Shown: one piece after another, positions 40,444-53,095 of the stretch
Layout: every line of letters begins with the position of its first letter
Position numbering within the stretch: position 1 is the stretch's first letter
Assembly (NCBI RefSeq): GCF_006345805.1
Contig: NC_043011.1
Coordinates: forward strand, 63,066,464-63,130,463
Length of the DNA stretch: 64,000 bases
Direction: 5' to 3'
Origin: Octopus sinensis
Lineage: Eukaryota
Notes under the pieces: generated by a model
What the model was told of the DNA's origin: nothing
Database searches by the model: none
Seen by the model: the letters and a program-made list of their open reading frames with translations, nothing else
Translations under genes and position numbers: made by a program

Positions 40444-41164
40444 GTAAGTTATATTATGCTTTTACGTACTTTCCTGTTCTACGATACCCGTGTTTGAAGA
40501 AGAAATATCTTATACTCTCTCTATCCATCTATCTGTTCGCTTGTCTGCATGTCTGTCTGTAGTCTGCCTGCCTGTCTAGCTACCAACCTCTGTTTCTCTT
40601 CCAAACCACCTATTATGTATGTATGTATCTAGGTATGTATTTATTTACATCACTATGTATCTGTTTACAACTATCTAGGGAATTAAACCAATTTTGTAAT
40701 ATTAGCTAATAATTCGGAGATACTTTATAAGGCAAAAACATATCGAATAGGTAGAAATTTTTGTTTATAACGTACTAACGAATTTAAGGAGATATTATTG
40801 ACTAATAACAAAAAAAAACATCATTAATTCCCTAGACGACAAAAACTTAAATGTAGACAATAATTAAATTACTTATATCATAAATTTAGCAAATTTGTGT
40901 ATATATATAAACCCGGTTATATTTTACTAATTATTGTAGTTATAATATGTAGTAGTAAAATGTGTATAAATTTGCAAGATGCTATATAGTCTATATTAAT
41001 GTAATTAGAATAAGATGAAAATTAGATGTTTACAAAATAGATAATTTCATGAATGAAAATAGATTAAATTGGATGTTTTTTTTATTAATTTATATTATTA
41101 TATTATGTATGTTACGTAGTTAGTATTTAAGTTATTTACACTTAAAATTTTTTGCAGTAAATGA

Positions 41165-41716
41165 TATATTAAAGTTGATTTTTTTTCCTTATTCTCACAG
41201 CTAAAATATATTTGTAATTTTTATAGCTGAAATACATATTTCTATCTATTTTTCTGTACATTCTATTTACTTCATATTTTCACGCGATATATTTCTTATA
41301 AACGGTAAGTTCTACGTAATTCGTTTAAATGTTTAGTTAACGAAAATCCTTCGATAGGATAAGTGATATTTTTATTTTAAGGAATATTGTTAAATGATTT
41401 CCGATCATGTAAGGTTAATATACATATTTTTGTATATTTATTTGATAATTAGTTAAGATAAGTACATTTATTCTATAATTATTTTTATAATAATTTATTA
41501 TTTTAGACATGAAGGGTGACTATATTTCTTAATAAAATTAATTTTTTGATTGATTTAATTTTAAATAGAATTGATTTTATTCTTGTTATCTATTTGAAAA
41601 TATAGCCGCGAGACGCGCGAAGTCTTTTTATTGCTATTTACTATTTATTGTACTTTATTGATTTTTAGAATAACGTTTTAATAGTATATGTTTTCTATAT
41701 GGTGTGAATAACATCA
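41165..41716 (+). repeat. ~550-bp segment in gene 2 intron 1, repeated (diverged) at 49948-50736 in intron 2
   Basis: Colinear alignment, e.g. CACGCGATATATTTCTT...AAACG(G/C)TAAGTTC and GGTGTGAATAACATC. Confidence 0.8.
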
Positions 41717-41865
41717 TTCATTATTGAATTGTTTAAGATAGGTCTTTCTCTAAATTATATAAATATATTATATATTGTGAAATTTGATTTAAAATTGTTA
41801 ATTTGAATTTTTCCCTGTAAATGTTTGAATTATATACCCTACTATTATTAGAATAATATATTTTT

Positions 41866-41906
<41 letters not shown>

Positions 41907-41966
41907 TTATAGATATATTTATAGATATATATGTGTGTGTATATATGTATATACATATATATATGT

Positions 41967-42076
<110 letters not shown>

Positions 42077-42899
42077 CATACACACACGCGTATATATATT
42101 TGTATATATACATATTTGTATATGTCTGCTTCCCGATTACGCTTAGCTAGTTCTGTGTCGGTGCGTGTTCAATATTAAAATAGGCTTTGTGCATCAGTCA
42201 TCGTATAAGTTGTGATGTGCCAAAATTACATTTACAGCAACAAAAAAAAAATGGTAGTTACTTATTTCCAAGATTAAAAATTGTTTGAAATAACCGAGAA
42301 TGCAACTAAGATTTTATAATTTTATTACTGTTGCAAAAATTAAAGTATTAAAACCTTTAGTAAACTGTTTCAATATTAAGTCATAGCTAATTTTAATATC
42401 ATTTTTAGTGTAGCACTCAATATGGTATATTTTTATAATACTTGTCCACACTTTTTAATACATATGCATATATATGTGTGTGTGAGTGCGTTTGTATGCA
42501 TGTATGTATAATATACATATAAACGTATATGCATACATATTGTTAACGCATACACACACGTTTATACATACATATAAATATATATATATATACACTACTG
42601 TCAGAAATTAATTAGCACCCTTGATTTGCTCTTCACTCAAGGTATGTGCTGTCACCTAGTGGCCATATCTCGAACTATTGCTTTGTTGCGAGTTCACTGT
42701 TGCGCAGAACCATGACGTAACTTTGTTTGCAGAGCAGTTTGAGAATCTACAGCCTTATGATGCTGACATAGCAGTGCAACAACAACTTTGAGTGCGGATG
42801 CAGACAAACTTCCTTTGTTTAATAGATATAGGTAGCGCCTCGCAAGGACCGAAATCACACCATACTAAGTTTTCTCATCGCGTAAGACGTTTTGAACAG

Positions 42900-43790
42900 C
42901 TCATAGGTTAATTGATTTAACCTATTTAATGTAGAAGAGAAGACCTGAATGGAAAGCCCTCAACATACAAAAAGAAAACCATGCTTCAAGACAGTAGAAT
43001 TGATACGAAGTGCAGCATCACTTGGACACAGGACCACTATATTACATAACATTTTGCAGAATGTATTTCCGCAAACTACCTGATGAACAAGAGACACAGT
43101 GCCGCTCTTGGAATCCGAAGGTGCAACAGCATGTGTAGTCTATGTCATGTTTTTGTGGAAGACATTACGCATATGATTAGCAGCTGTCCTAAAATATCGT
43201 CACGGTACTACCTCCCTATGCGGCACGATGTTGTTGCTCAAACAATTCACCATGCCACCCGCAAAAAAGATTGTCCTGAAATATAGTTAGAATATCCTTC
43301 TGTTATGGAATACATTCATAAATACCAACTCAAGGAATGCTGGTGGAATATTCTCATCTAATCTTCTGTCAAATGTAAGCATAACAGGCCGGATATTGTT
43401 GGGGCAAAGTTATGCACCACCTTAGAGTTTAGCTGCCCAGCAGATATAAATATCTCTCTGAAAATCAAAGTAAAAGAGGATATCTATGGACAACTGTTTT
43501 GAAACTTCCAGCATATATATCCAGACTATGAATTAATATTCATATCAATAATAAATGGAACTCTAGCTTTTGTTATTAAATGCTTAAATGAGAATCTGGA
43601 TAAACTGGGTATCTCAGAAAGAGAAAATTCACCGTAGCTCGTTACAAGTCCAATCTACGAGTAGAACAGAAAGAATAGGCAAGGCATTTGTCAAGTTCCA
43701 AATGTGAGTTTGTCTATATTAACTGCATCCCAAAGAGGGAGCCTTGTGTCTTCGCTGGAAACCGACTCCCTCCTCAGTGGAAAATTTATA
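42900..43790 (+). pseudogene. 3' fragment of a restriction-like-endonuclease (R4/R2/NeSL-type) non-LTR retrotransposon
   Basis: CSLCHVFVEDITHMISSC (CCHC), RHDVV, HNRPDIV and LEFSCP motifs, with stops. Confidence 0.85.
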
Positions 43791-44512
43791 TTAAGAGTTG
43801 AAGAGACGTACATACATACATACATATATTACTTACAAACAAATATATGAAACAGTCGGATTTACAATACTTGCTACTCCGAGTTTCAAGCAGGTGGAGG
43901 GTCTTCAGCCTGCGATTGGTCGAGAAATGTCAAGCGGTATAGATGTAGGTAACTTCAGCGACAGCAATTAGATTGAAAATACTGCGTGGTGAACAGGAAA
44001 TCGACTGCGCTCGGGTGGTTATGGGGAGATTGAATGGGGCACTAGGCGTGGGTGCATATATGTACATGAATATATCCATATACCTGCGTAAATGCCCCCC
44101 CTACTTTTACGATTGACAAGTGCACTTACAGACAGATACACACACACACGCACTTGCGCCTATGTACACACACACTTACATACACATGGACACAAACATA
44201 CACGCGTGCACAACTTTATCTTCGTGTACATACGCCCAGGAGCACACGCACACGTGCGCATATTTTCAAGCGTGCACTTGTATATATATATATGTACATG
44301 CACGGATTTGCATGTATATGGCATGCACATACATGCACACCAACGCACATACATCTATGTGCATACATACGGTGAGCGGATGCATATGCACACTCAAACG
44401 CACACTCACGCATATTCGTGTGGTCATTCTCATTGTTTAATTACGAGGAAAATAAATTGTTTCGAAGTTGAAGACGGAAAAGTTCAATATATTTCTTCTC
44501 TTTTATATTCAG

Positions 44513-44612
44513 GAATTGCTTTGACAGAGTTTTGCACTGATACGGCGAAGTCATATTGCAGAGATGCGAACAAAATGATTCCCGCTGTCCGGACTGATAA
44601 GGAATACTGCAA
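44513..44612 (+). CDS. Gene 2 coding exon 2 (GIALTEFCTDTAKSYCRDANKMIPAVRTDKEYC-N), 100 nt
   Basis: TTCTTCTCTTTTATATTCAG acceptor, CAA|GTAAGA donor. It aligns without gaps to gene 1 exon 2 (G.AL...CTD.A...C.DA). Confidence 0.9.
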
Positions 44613-44736
44613 GTAAGAAACTTTATAATTTTTTGGGGGCACTCCTCTTGCACTTCCACCTCTTTTTTTCTCCCTCCCCTTGCTTCTACTCATACTACTA
44701 CTAGTACTACTATATACTACTACTACTACTATTATA

Positions 44737-44772
<36 letters not shown>

Positions 44773-44891
44773 CAATAATACTAGTCGTACCTCTACTGCT
44801 GCTGCTGCAACTACTACTAATACTACTACTACTACTACAACTACCAATAATACTAGTTCTACCTCTACTACTGCTACTGCTGCTGCTGCTG

Positions 44892-44922
<31 letters not shown>

Positions 44923-45436
44923 CACAAATAGATTTATTGAATTTCACCCTGTTATTCGATATTTGCCCGGATGTCTTTTTCGAAGTTACTTGATATATAA
45001 AGATGAAAGTCAAAGTCTACCCCAGAGGAATTTAAACTCAGAACGTAGTGGCAGACGAAACACCGCTAAACATTTCGGCCGGTTTTCTTATGATTCGGCC
45101 TCATCGCCGCCTGCATAACACACAAAACTGACACTGATATCATTTGATCCCAGACCGTAGTCAATATTTGTGTGTGTGTGTGTTAAATTAACCATCAGTT
45201 GCGTACTGGGGTCGATCTAGTCGAAAAGCCCCCTCCCCCAAAATTTCAGGCCTTGTGCCTCGAGGAGAAACTTATGTGTATGCATGTGTGTGTGCACGTA
45301 TCTCTTTCTAATATGAATGGACACACGCATGAACACACGCACATACGTATAACTAATAAATGATATGTAATATATATTACGAAGATGACTTGATCTGACA
45401 GCGTGAAAGGTGCTTTGACCCACATAAATTACCGTG

Positions 45437-45477
<41 letters not shown>

Positions 45478-45687
45478 AAATAAGAAAAGGGAGAAATACA
45501 TCTAAATCAATTATCAACTACCAGATAATACCCAATCACATAATTTATTAAACCACTACATATGAACATTAAGGTCAAACATAATAATATAGAACAAAAC
45601 GGTGTACATGAAGGAGTAATATGATATAATAAGTACAGTGTGTATAAGTGAATATAAATAAATATAAATATAAATTACATCTTACAG

Positions 45688-46058
45688 CTGAATGCCTGAG
45701 GAAAGAGGTGGTTTATCAATGCACTGTAAATACACAATATGATTGTAGGATGTACATTGGTGCGACTAAAAATAGTATGAAACAACGGCTAAACTATCAT
45801 AGATATATTTTTAAAAACAAAAATAGGATGAATTCTACGGTGTTAAGTACGTATATTTGGGAACTCAAGAGTAAGAACATAGATTTTAACTTAAATTGGG
45901 AAATACTAACTTCTGCACCTGTATACAATAATAGAAATAAAACATGCTCTTTATGTATAAATGAAATGTTCTTCATCATCAAAGCTGGCCTACCTATTAT
46001 TAATAATATGAACGAGCGGAATAGTTTGCCTTCACAAATTAGCGTATATTTTCTCTAG
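45688..46058 (+). pseudogene. Penelope GIY-YIG endonuclease fragment
   Basis: ECLRKEVVYQCTV...MYIGATKNSMKQRLNYH...TVLSTYIWELK...WEIL...CSLCINE. Confidence 0.9.
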
Positions 46059-46944
46059 ATTTGAATAGCACTTAGTTTTTCTACCAGTAATTTTTTAACA
46101 TTCCTCTATATAGGATTGTGCTCTTGGTCATTATAATTTATAATTTATAATTTTGTATCTCCATATATATGTTCTGTATTGATTATTTCTGTCCCGGCTT
46201 GAAAATATATTGAAATATATATGTATTTTGATATATACATGATATTCTGATCTTCATGGAATTTTCCACGGGTGTCGAGCGTATATGCGTATCATATCTT
46301 TGGGCGCTGGTTTGGGATTCTGTTATACTAATATGTAACAAGTATGGGTCTTTATTTAGTATACGTTATTTATTTTGGATGAACATATAAGCTTTCCCAT
46401 GTATATGTTTTGCAGTCTTATATATTAATTTATCTTTCTACTCATCTTAATTTGTATTTTATTTTATTTATCTATTTATTTATTTATATATATAGATATA
46501 TATATTTCTATTTATTTATGTATTTATTTTAAAAAATTAATTATTTATTTCTATTATTTCATTTTATTTTATTTTATTTTATTTTTTAAGTAATATCACT
46601 TATTAATTTATAATTAATTTAATTTATAATTAATTTACTTATATCTTAATTAATTGTAATTTCTGTTAACATATTGTTTATGTATTTATACGTCATTTGG
46701 TGGGCAGACATGTATTTTGGTATTTTCGTAAATATATGTGGATGTGTCGAAATGTGTTCATATGTATATATATGTGTATGTGTATTTTTTATATGTATAT
46801 ATATATATTCATAGGTGGATATATGTGTATATGTTTTTCTTATACGTATGAGTACATAAATACATATTTAAATTAGTATATATGTATATGCGAATGTTTG
46901 CAGATGCAGTGCATGCGAGTGTATATATGTTTATGGATGTATGC

Positions 46945-46988
<44 letters not shown>

Positions 46989-48018
46989 TGGTGTAGTTTT
47001 CCCATGCCTGTGATTGTTTATTAGTGAAAGTTTGAATGGGAACGCAGTCGAAATTGTGACTATCTAGAAGTTTCAGTAGCACGATAAATTGTTTACGAAA
47101 TATACGGTGTTATTTTAATTATGTAAAGTGTGATAATAACTTACATCGACTGGGTATAGATGTCTGTGTGCTTGCATATATGCATTTCTATGGATATATG
47201 TGAGTAGATTTGTATGTAAACATGTGTGTGGGGGGGAGGGCTGGTATCTCTTGTGTTGTGGTTTGTCTGTGTATGTGTGTGTGGGCGCACGTTTGCATGT
47301 GTGCGTGCGTGGGTGTTTCTTAACAAACCAACCATCACGGAGACAATTGAAATTTAAATTTAAATCTACAGGCCAATCATATTTTAGCGTTCGATTCTTA
47401 ACTATTTCTGAACGTAATACTGTATATTTGTCATAGTTGAAATTATAGACTGCACTCGCATCTACATTTATACACCTGTGGAACTTAATATCATGTAAAC
47501 CAAATGCTTTTATTTTTCCTTTTATATGTATATGCAAACCTTTAATGCTTTGCATGGTACTGTAGTACTATTGTTGTTCTTGTTTTTGCTATTATGTTGC
47601 TAACCGTGTGATGCATATATTGCTTTGCTAGTATTAGTGTTATTAATAATAATAATAATGATATTAGTAGCAATAGTGGTAATGATAATAGTAATGATGG
47701 TAATATTAATGACATTTTGTAAATTAATATAATGCACTCTTGATTTGTATATCTGCATTTGAGTATCAATATGTGTATGTTTTCTACATTGTAATATCAT
47801 AATATTAAAAACTGAAACATTGAAAAAATGTAACATTGAATATGGAACATATGTATGTATAGTGATTTATATTATTATGTATATGTATATATATATGTAT
47901 AGGAGTATGAGTATATGCACTCATATGTATGTGTATATGATATATTATGGGTATGGAAGCACCCTTGTATGGATGTACCTCCTCTGATATTCATATTTAA
48001 TTTAGTTCGTATTTCATA

Positions 48019-48145
48019 ATCTCCGAAGAGGCCTTGGGATATCTTTGTAAGTGTCTCATTTATAACTACATATTGACCTATCCCACGTGGCTAATATGAG
48101 CGAAATGAGACACCCATATCTGCATGGCCGAAACAGCTGTAAGAT
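48019..48145 (+). ncRNA. Variant type I hammerhead (U4C core, long branched stem II)
   Basis: ATCT/AGAT stem I, CCGAAGA, GGCC/GGCC stem II, GAAA, palindromic ACAGCTGT, GUA. Confidence 0.55.
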
Positions 48146-48528
48146 GTAGTTTACATTTATATTTATATTTATTTATATTCACTTATACATACTGTACTTA
48201 TTGTATCATATTACTCCTTCATGTACACAGTTTTGTTCTATATTATTATGTTTGACCTTAATGTTCATATGTAGTGGTTTAATAAATTATATGATTGGGT
48301 ATTATCTGGTAGTTGATAATTGATTTAGATGTATTTATCCATTTTCTTATTTTGTATTATTAATTTGTGGTAAAACATTTTACCTTTGCCCATATAATAC
48401 AGTAAATGAATTAATTGCATCGCAATTCTTAACATTTTTGTATTAAATGTGTTGGGTACTTCACTAGCAGTATATTGGGTATATGTTATCCCATGGTGGG
48501 TTGCATTTACAACCCCTATCTCAATTTG

Positions 48529-48594
<66 letters not shown>

Positions 48595-48766
48595 TATAAA
48601 TGTGTGTATGTAGGTGTGTATGTGCGCATATAAATATGCATGTATATGTGTAAGTACGTTCTGATGTATATACACATATGCACACGCGCAGACACGTCTA
48701 CACTACTACTTTCTCTGATGCAGCAAGTGTGTTTTGCAATGTATTATAAATACATTCCACGATATA

Positions 48767-48842
<76 letters not shown>

Positions 48843-49260
48843 ATTTGTTAATCTGAATATTTTTTTGTTTTTTCGTATCGATTAACAATAGGCTGACAAT
48901 TGATTATTTCATAGTTGACGGTAAGCAACTGGACTTGTAGTATATGTGAATAAATATCCATGAAGTTGGGAATTGAGTATTTATAATCCAGGCTATGTAT
49001 ATTCCATAGTTAGCAGCATTATTCAGTCGAGGGGTAGATTCAAGCTACTCTTAAATCAAGGATCCCTTGAAAACGTAATGCTTTACATTGTCACGAGGAG
49101 AACCTGTGTTAAGTGTCAAGGGATACGATCAACTAAAACTGCTTTTGAGAGGAAAATGTCTTTGCAAAGGAGTAAAAATAAAATAAATGAGCATATATAC
49201 GTATATATATATATATATATAAATATTTATACATATATATATATACATATATATATAAAT

Positions 49261-49357
<97 letters not shown>

Positions 49358-49589
49358 GGAATATAATTCCAAACTTACAGGGAAAATTTCAATCTAGCAA
49401 TTCTAAATCAAATTTCACAGTGCATATAATTTAGAGAAAAACCTATATTAAGTAATTCAAAAGTGAAACACGTTATTCACATCATATACAAAAAAACAAA
49501 TATAGTATAAAAACCTTGTTCTAAAAGTCAATGAAGTACATAAACACTAATAATAAACTGACTACGCGCGTTTCGTGTCTATATTTTCA

Positions 49590-49910
49590 AATAGATAATA
49601 ATAAAATAATCCTTAGCCTATCGCGGACGGACAGAAGGAGGAACAACTGGGTACTAGAAAAGCTCGGTTGCGTGATGACGCTTCGGCGAAAGATCATGAA
49701 GCGGAAACTGCAGTTGCTTGGCCACGTCATGCGTCGGGATGGACATGAGCGAACGATCATAACTGGCAAGATGAACTGCAGATATAAAAGACCACTCACA
49801 TAATGGTCTTTGTTCTCAGCTGTCCATGGGGTGGAGGACAGGAGAAGGTGGCATGACATCCTCATGACCAAAGCATCGTACAGTGTAACACCTGACTAGG
49901 ATGATGATGA
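49590..49910 (+). pseudogene. RTE-type LINE 3' fragment
   Basis: LSRTDRRRNNWVLEKLG...RKIMKRKLQLLGHVMRRDG; GATGATGAT tail. Confidence 0.8.
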
Positions 49911-50475
49911 ATAAAGTCAATTCCATTTAAAATTTAAATTAACTGTAATATATTATAGTTAATATTTTCTTATTTTCGCTGCTAAAGTACATTTTGTCAT
50001 TTTAACAGCTTAAATACATATTTCTTTCAATTTATTCTATAACTTTATTTACGCCATATTTCCACGCGATATATTTCTTCTAAACGCTAAGTTCGACGTA
50101 TTACGTTTAAAATTTTAGCTAATAGAAATTCTTCGATAAGTTATGGTTTTATTTTAAGTAATATTGTTAAATGTTTTTCCATTATTTATTGTTAAATCAC
50201 GTATTTTTTAATATTTATTTGATAATTATCATAAGTTAAGATACGTACATTTATTTTATAATTTTATTATTATCACTTTTATAATAATAATAACAATTAT
50301 CATCATCATCATCATCATCATCATCATTATTATTATTATTATTATTATAATTATTATTGTTATTATTATTATAATTATTATTATTATCATCATCATTATA
50401 ATTATAAATATTACTATTATTATTGTTATTATTATCATTATGATGCTTCTTCTTCTTCTTCTTCTTCTTCTTCTT

Positions 50476-50514
<39 letters not shown>

Positions 50515-50743
50515 GGTGTTGTTGTTATTATTTTAGACGTGATGAGTGACTATATTTTTAAACTGAATTAATTTTAGAACGATTGGATTTTAAATCGAAT
50601 TGATTTTCTTTTTATCTATTTGAAAATATAGCCACGAAACGCACGTAGTTAATTTAATATGATTGTTTATGTATTTTAGTGATTTTTAGAATCAGGTCTT
50701 TATTGTATTTTTTTTCTATATAGTGTGAATAACATCTTGCGGA

Positions 50744-50787
<44 letters not shown>

Positions 50788-50939
50788 TCCACACACATAC
50801 ACATACACATACTCCCACACGCACATTCACATACACACAGACACAAACACAAACATACACATAGATTCACACATACATAATGTCAAAAAGTAACCTTTTG
50901 TTTTGCAACAATACTCTTCAAATGCTTTTTGTCTTGCAG

Positions 50940-51028
50940 TCTTGTGAGAATGTGGGACAAGTGCTTCCTTGGGGTATCCAAATATTGTTCTCTCGTATTC
51001 CAGGCAGTGCTTAGAGTGGTGTGCATCG
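50940..51028 (+). CDS. Gene 2 coding exon 3 (N-LVRMWDKCFLGVSKYCSLVFQAVLRVVCI), 89 nt
   Basis: GCTTTTTGTCTTGCAG acceptor, TCG|GTAAGT donor. The only open phase is 2 to 1, and the Cys residues fall at the same positions as in gene 1 exon 3. Confidence 0.88.
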
Positions 51029-53095
51029 GTAAGTTTAATGCTATTTTGTATTCCACATATATACCAAAAGTGAATATCAAGTAAGTAAATCAAATTTTAT
51101 AAGATTATAAATATTTCCAGGTTAGGTGAAGATCTAATCCTGGTTATAACACTTACAGGGATTTGAAGCGATTATTATGGTGAATATAGCCGATATTGTC
51201 TCTACTTTCTCGCTCGCTGAGACTACCATTTCAAATAATACCAAAAATTTAGTTACAGTAATTAATTATGATTATTTCTACATGATGGAATAATAACAGC
51301 TTGGTGCGTATAGAAGAATATCTTCCTTGCAGTATATATTTATGGACATCTTTGTAGTTCTTAAATTCCTGCCAATATTTTCTTAATGTTAGATACGTAA
51401 CACATTATTGGATAAATCAAAGCGATGATATTACTCTCAATCGTAGTTATCTAATGGATGAGAAATGTCCTTGTACAAGAGGTAACCTTCATTCTTTGGC
51501 ATGATACTGAATACCTAATATGCATAAGAGAAATTGTAAACTAGTAGTCGGCAGTAATTACGATAGCCGTTTAGTGTATGCCTGCAAAACAAGCGGGTTA
51601 AGTGTATTGATCTGAAACAAGTTTAACAGCACTCAAAGAAAAAGTTTGAAATTGATGTGAGGATCTAATAGATCATGACAACACACGCTGACACATGCAT
51701 AGATGCTTACCAGTAGCGACCAGTTTTTCACTGGTTTAAACAATGCAGTACACATAATTTATATTACGGAAATCCTTGTGTTTGAAGATATAACATTTTT
51801 GCCCAACCTCAGAATTCTAAATTAAAAGCTAGTAACCTAGAGCTAGGGTAAAAGTCTCCTGTATTGGTACACTTATATAAACATAACTGACTAACGGCTT
51901 AACTATATATTGTGCTATTGTGAGGTTATTGTGATACATAATTTGTATGTTTCTGATGACAACATCAGTTTCGTTATTTCCTTCAAACATGAAATGTTTC
52001 TTTGTCTATTAGCTTTGTAACATTCAGGAAGGTTGGAGCATCCACATTGGAGCAAAGCAAAGTGCTTTCGACTGATTAGAAGATCGAACTGGTGATAAAC
52101 TTTATTGTTTTAGACGGAAGAATGTCTACAAGATTACAAATATATTCATTTCTGATTCAAATTTTAAGTAATATTTTTCCAGTGGTTTTATTCAAAGCGT
52201 AATTTCAGCGGAGTATAAGTGTTTGCCATCCAGATGTTTTTCATTGCTGCAGTTGTGATTAATGCTTTTAAGTTATGGTTTTGTTAGTCAACGAATGCCC
52301 TCAAAAAGATAAGCACAGCCATAGATATGTAACTATTTGACCTGGTCTAACAACAAATTCTCCAATTTCCAAAGTTCTTGTAACCTATTTCAGCTTTACA
52401 CTATTAAGTGCATGCCTCATGGTCACTAATTTCTAAAATATTTTAATGTTTTTCGACAGATGGGATGATTTCAAACAGTTTCAAATTTAGTCAGCCACTG
52501 TGCACATTTGTCAATTACACGAAGTATTTAAGGAAATCATTTGACAGCACTTGTATTGATTAGAAAGGAGAATATTTCCCGCGATTTATCGTTCTCCCAA
52601 ATCCACAAAACTATATTAAGAGACATAATACCTTCATCTGAAACAACCAACCAATCTCATTTTAGCATTTACAGTATAAACCGTTTGTGTCTCTTTGCTA
52701 ATTGTGCATTTGATTGAATCGTCAGCGTGATAGTGTGTATGAATTGCATGCAATTATAACTGTCAATAGCAGAGGAGCATGCATACCACAGATATATCAC
52801 TAAAATTTCCTTTCTTTGGCACTTAGCTTTTAAACAATATATTCTTGAGTCGATTCCCTCGACTAAAGCCTGTCAAGTTTTTGCCTCAGCATGGCCACAA
52901 CTCAGCAACTGAAACAAATAAACGTTATAATGTAAACGTTTAAAAAAATATCAGTGTTGACACGATTGTCATTTCCTAAAGAGTGGTCAATACTTCAATA
53001 CTATTATTTCTGTATATTTATCAGTTATTGTTGTAACGAAGTTCTCAACTTACTAATAATACACTGCTGTGCATTCTACGCTTCTTTTGTGATAG

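Larger units (their letters stand above)
45472..48357. mobile_element. Penelope-like insertion with ~220-bp inverted arms (45472-45690 / 48134-48357) inside gene 2 intron 2
   Basis: The arms are reverse complements; the element contains a GIY-YIG fragment and a hammerhead variant. Confidence 0.85.

Noticed and set aside
50827-51093. Minus-strand ORFs over gene 2 exon 3
   Set aside because: Antisense shadows; the + strand exon has splice sites and paralog support.
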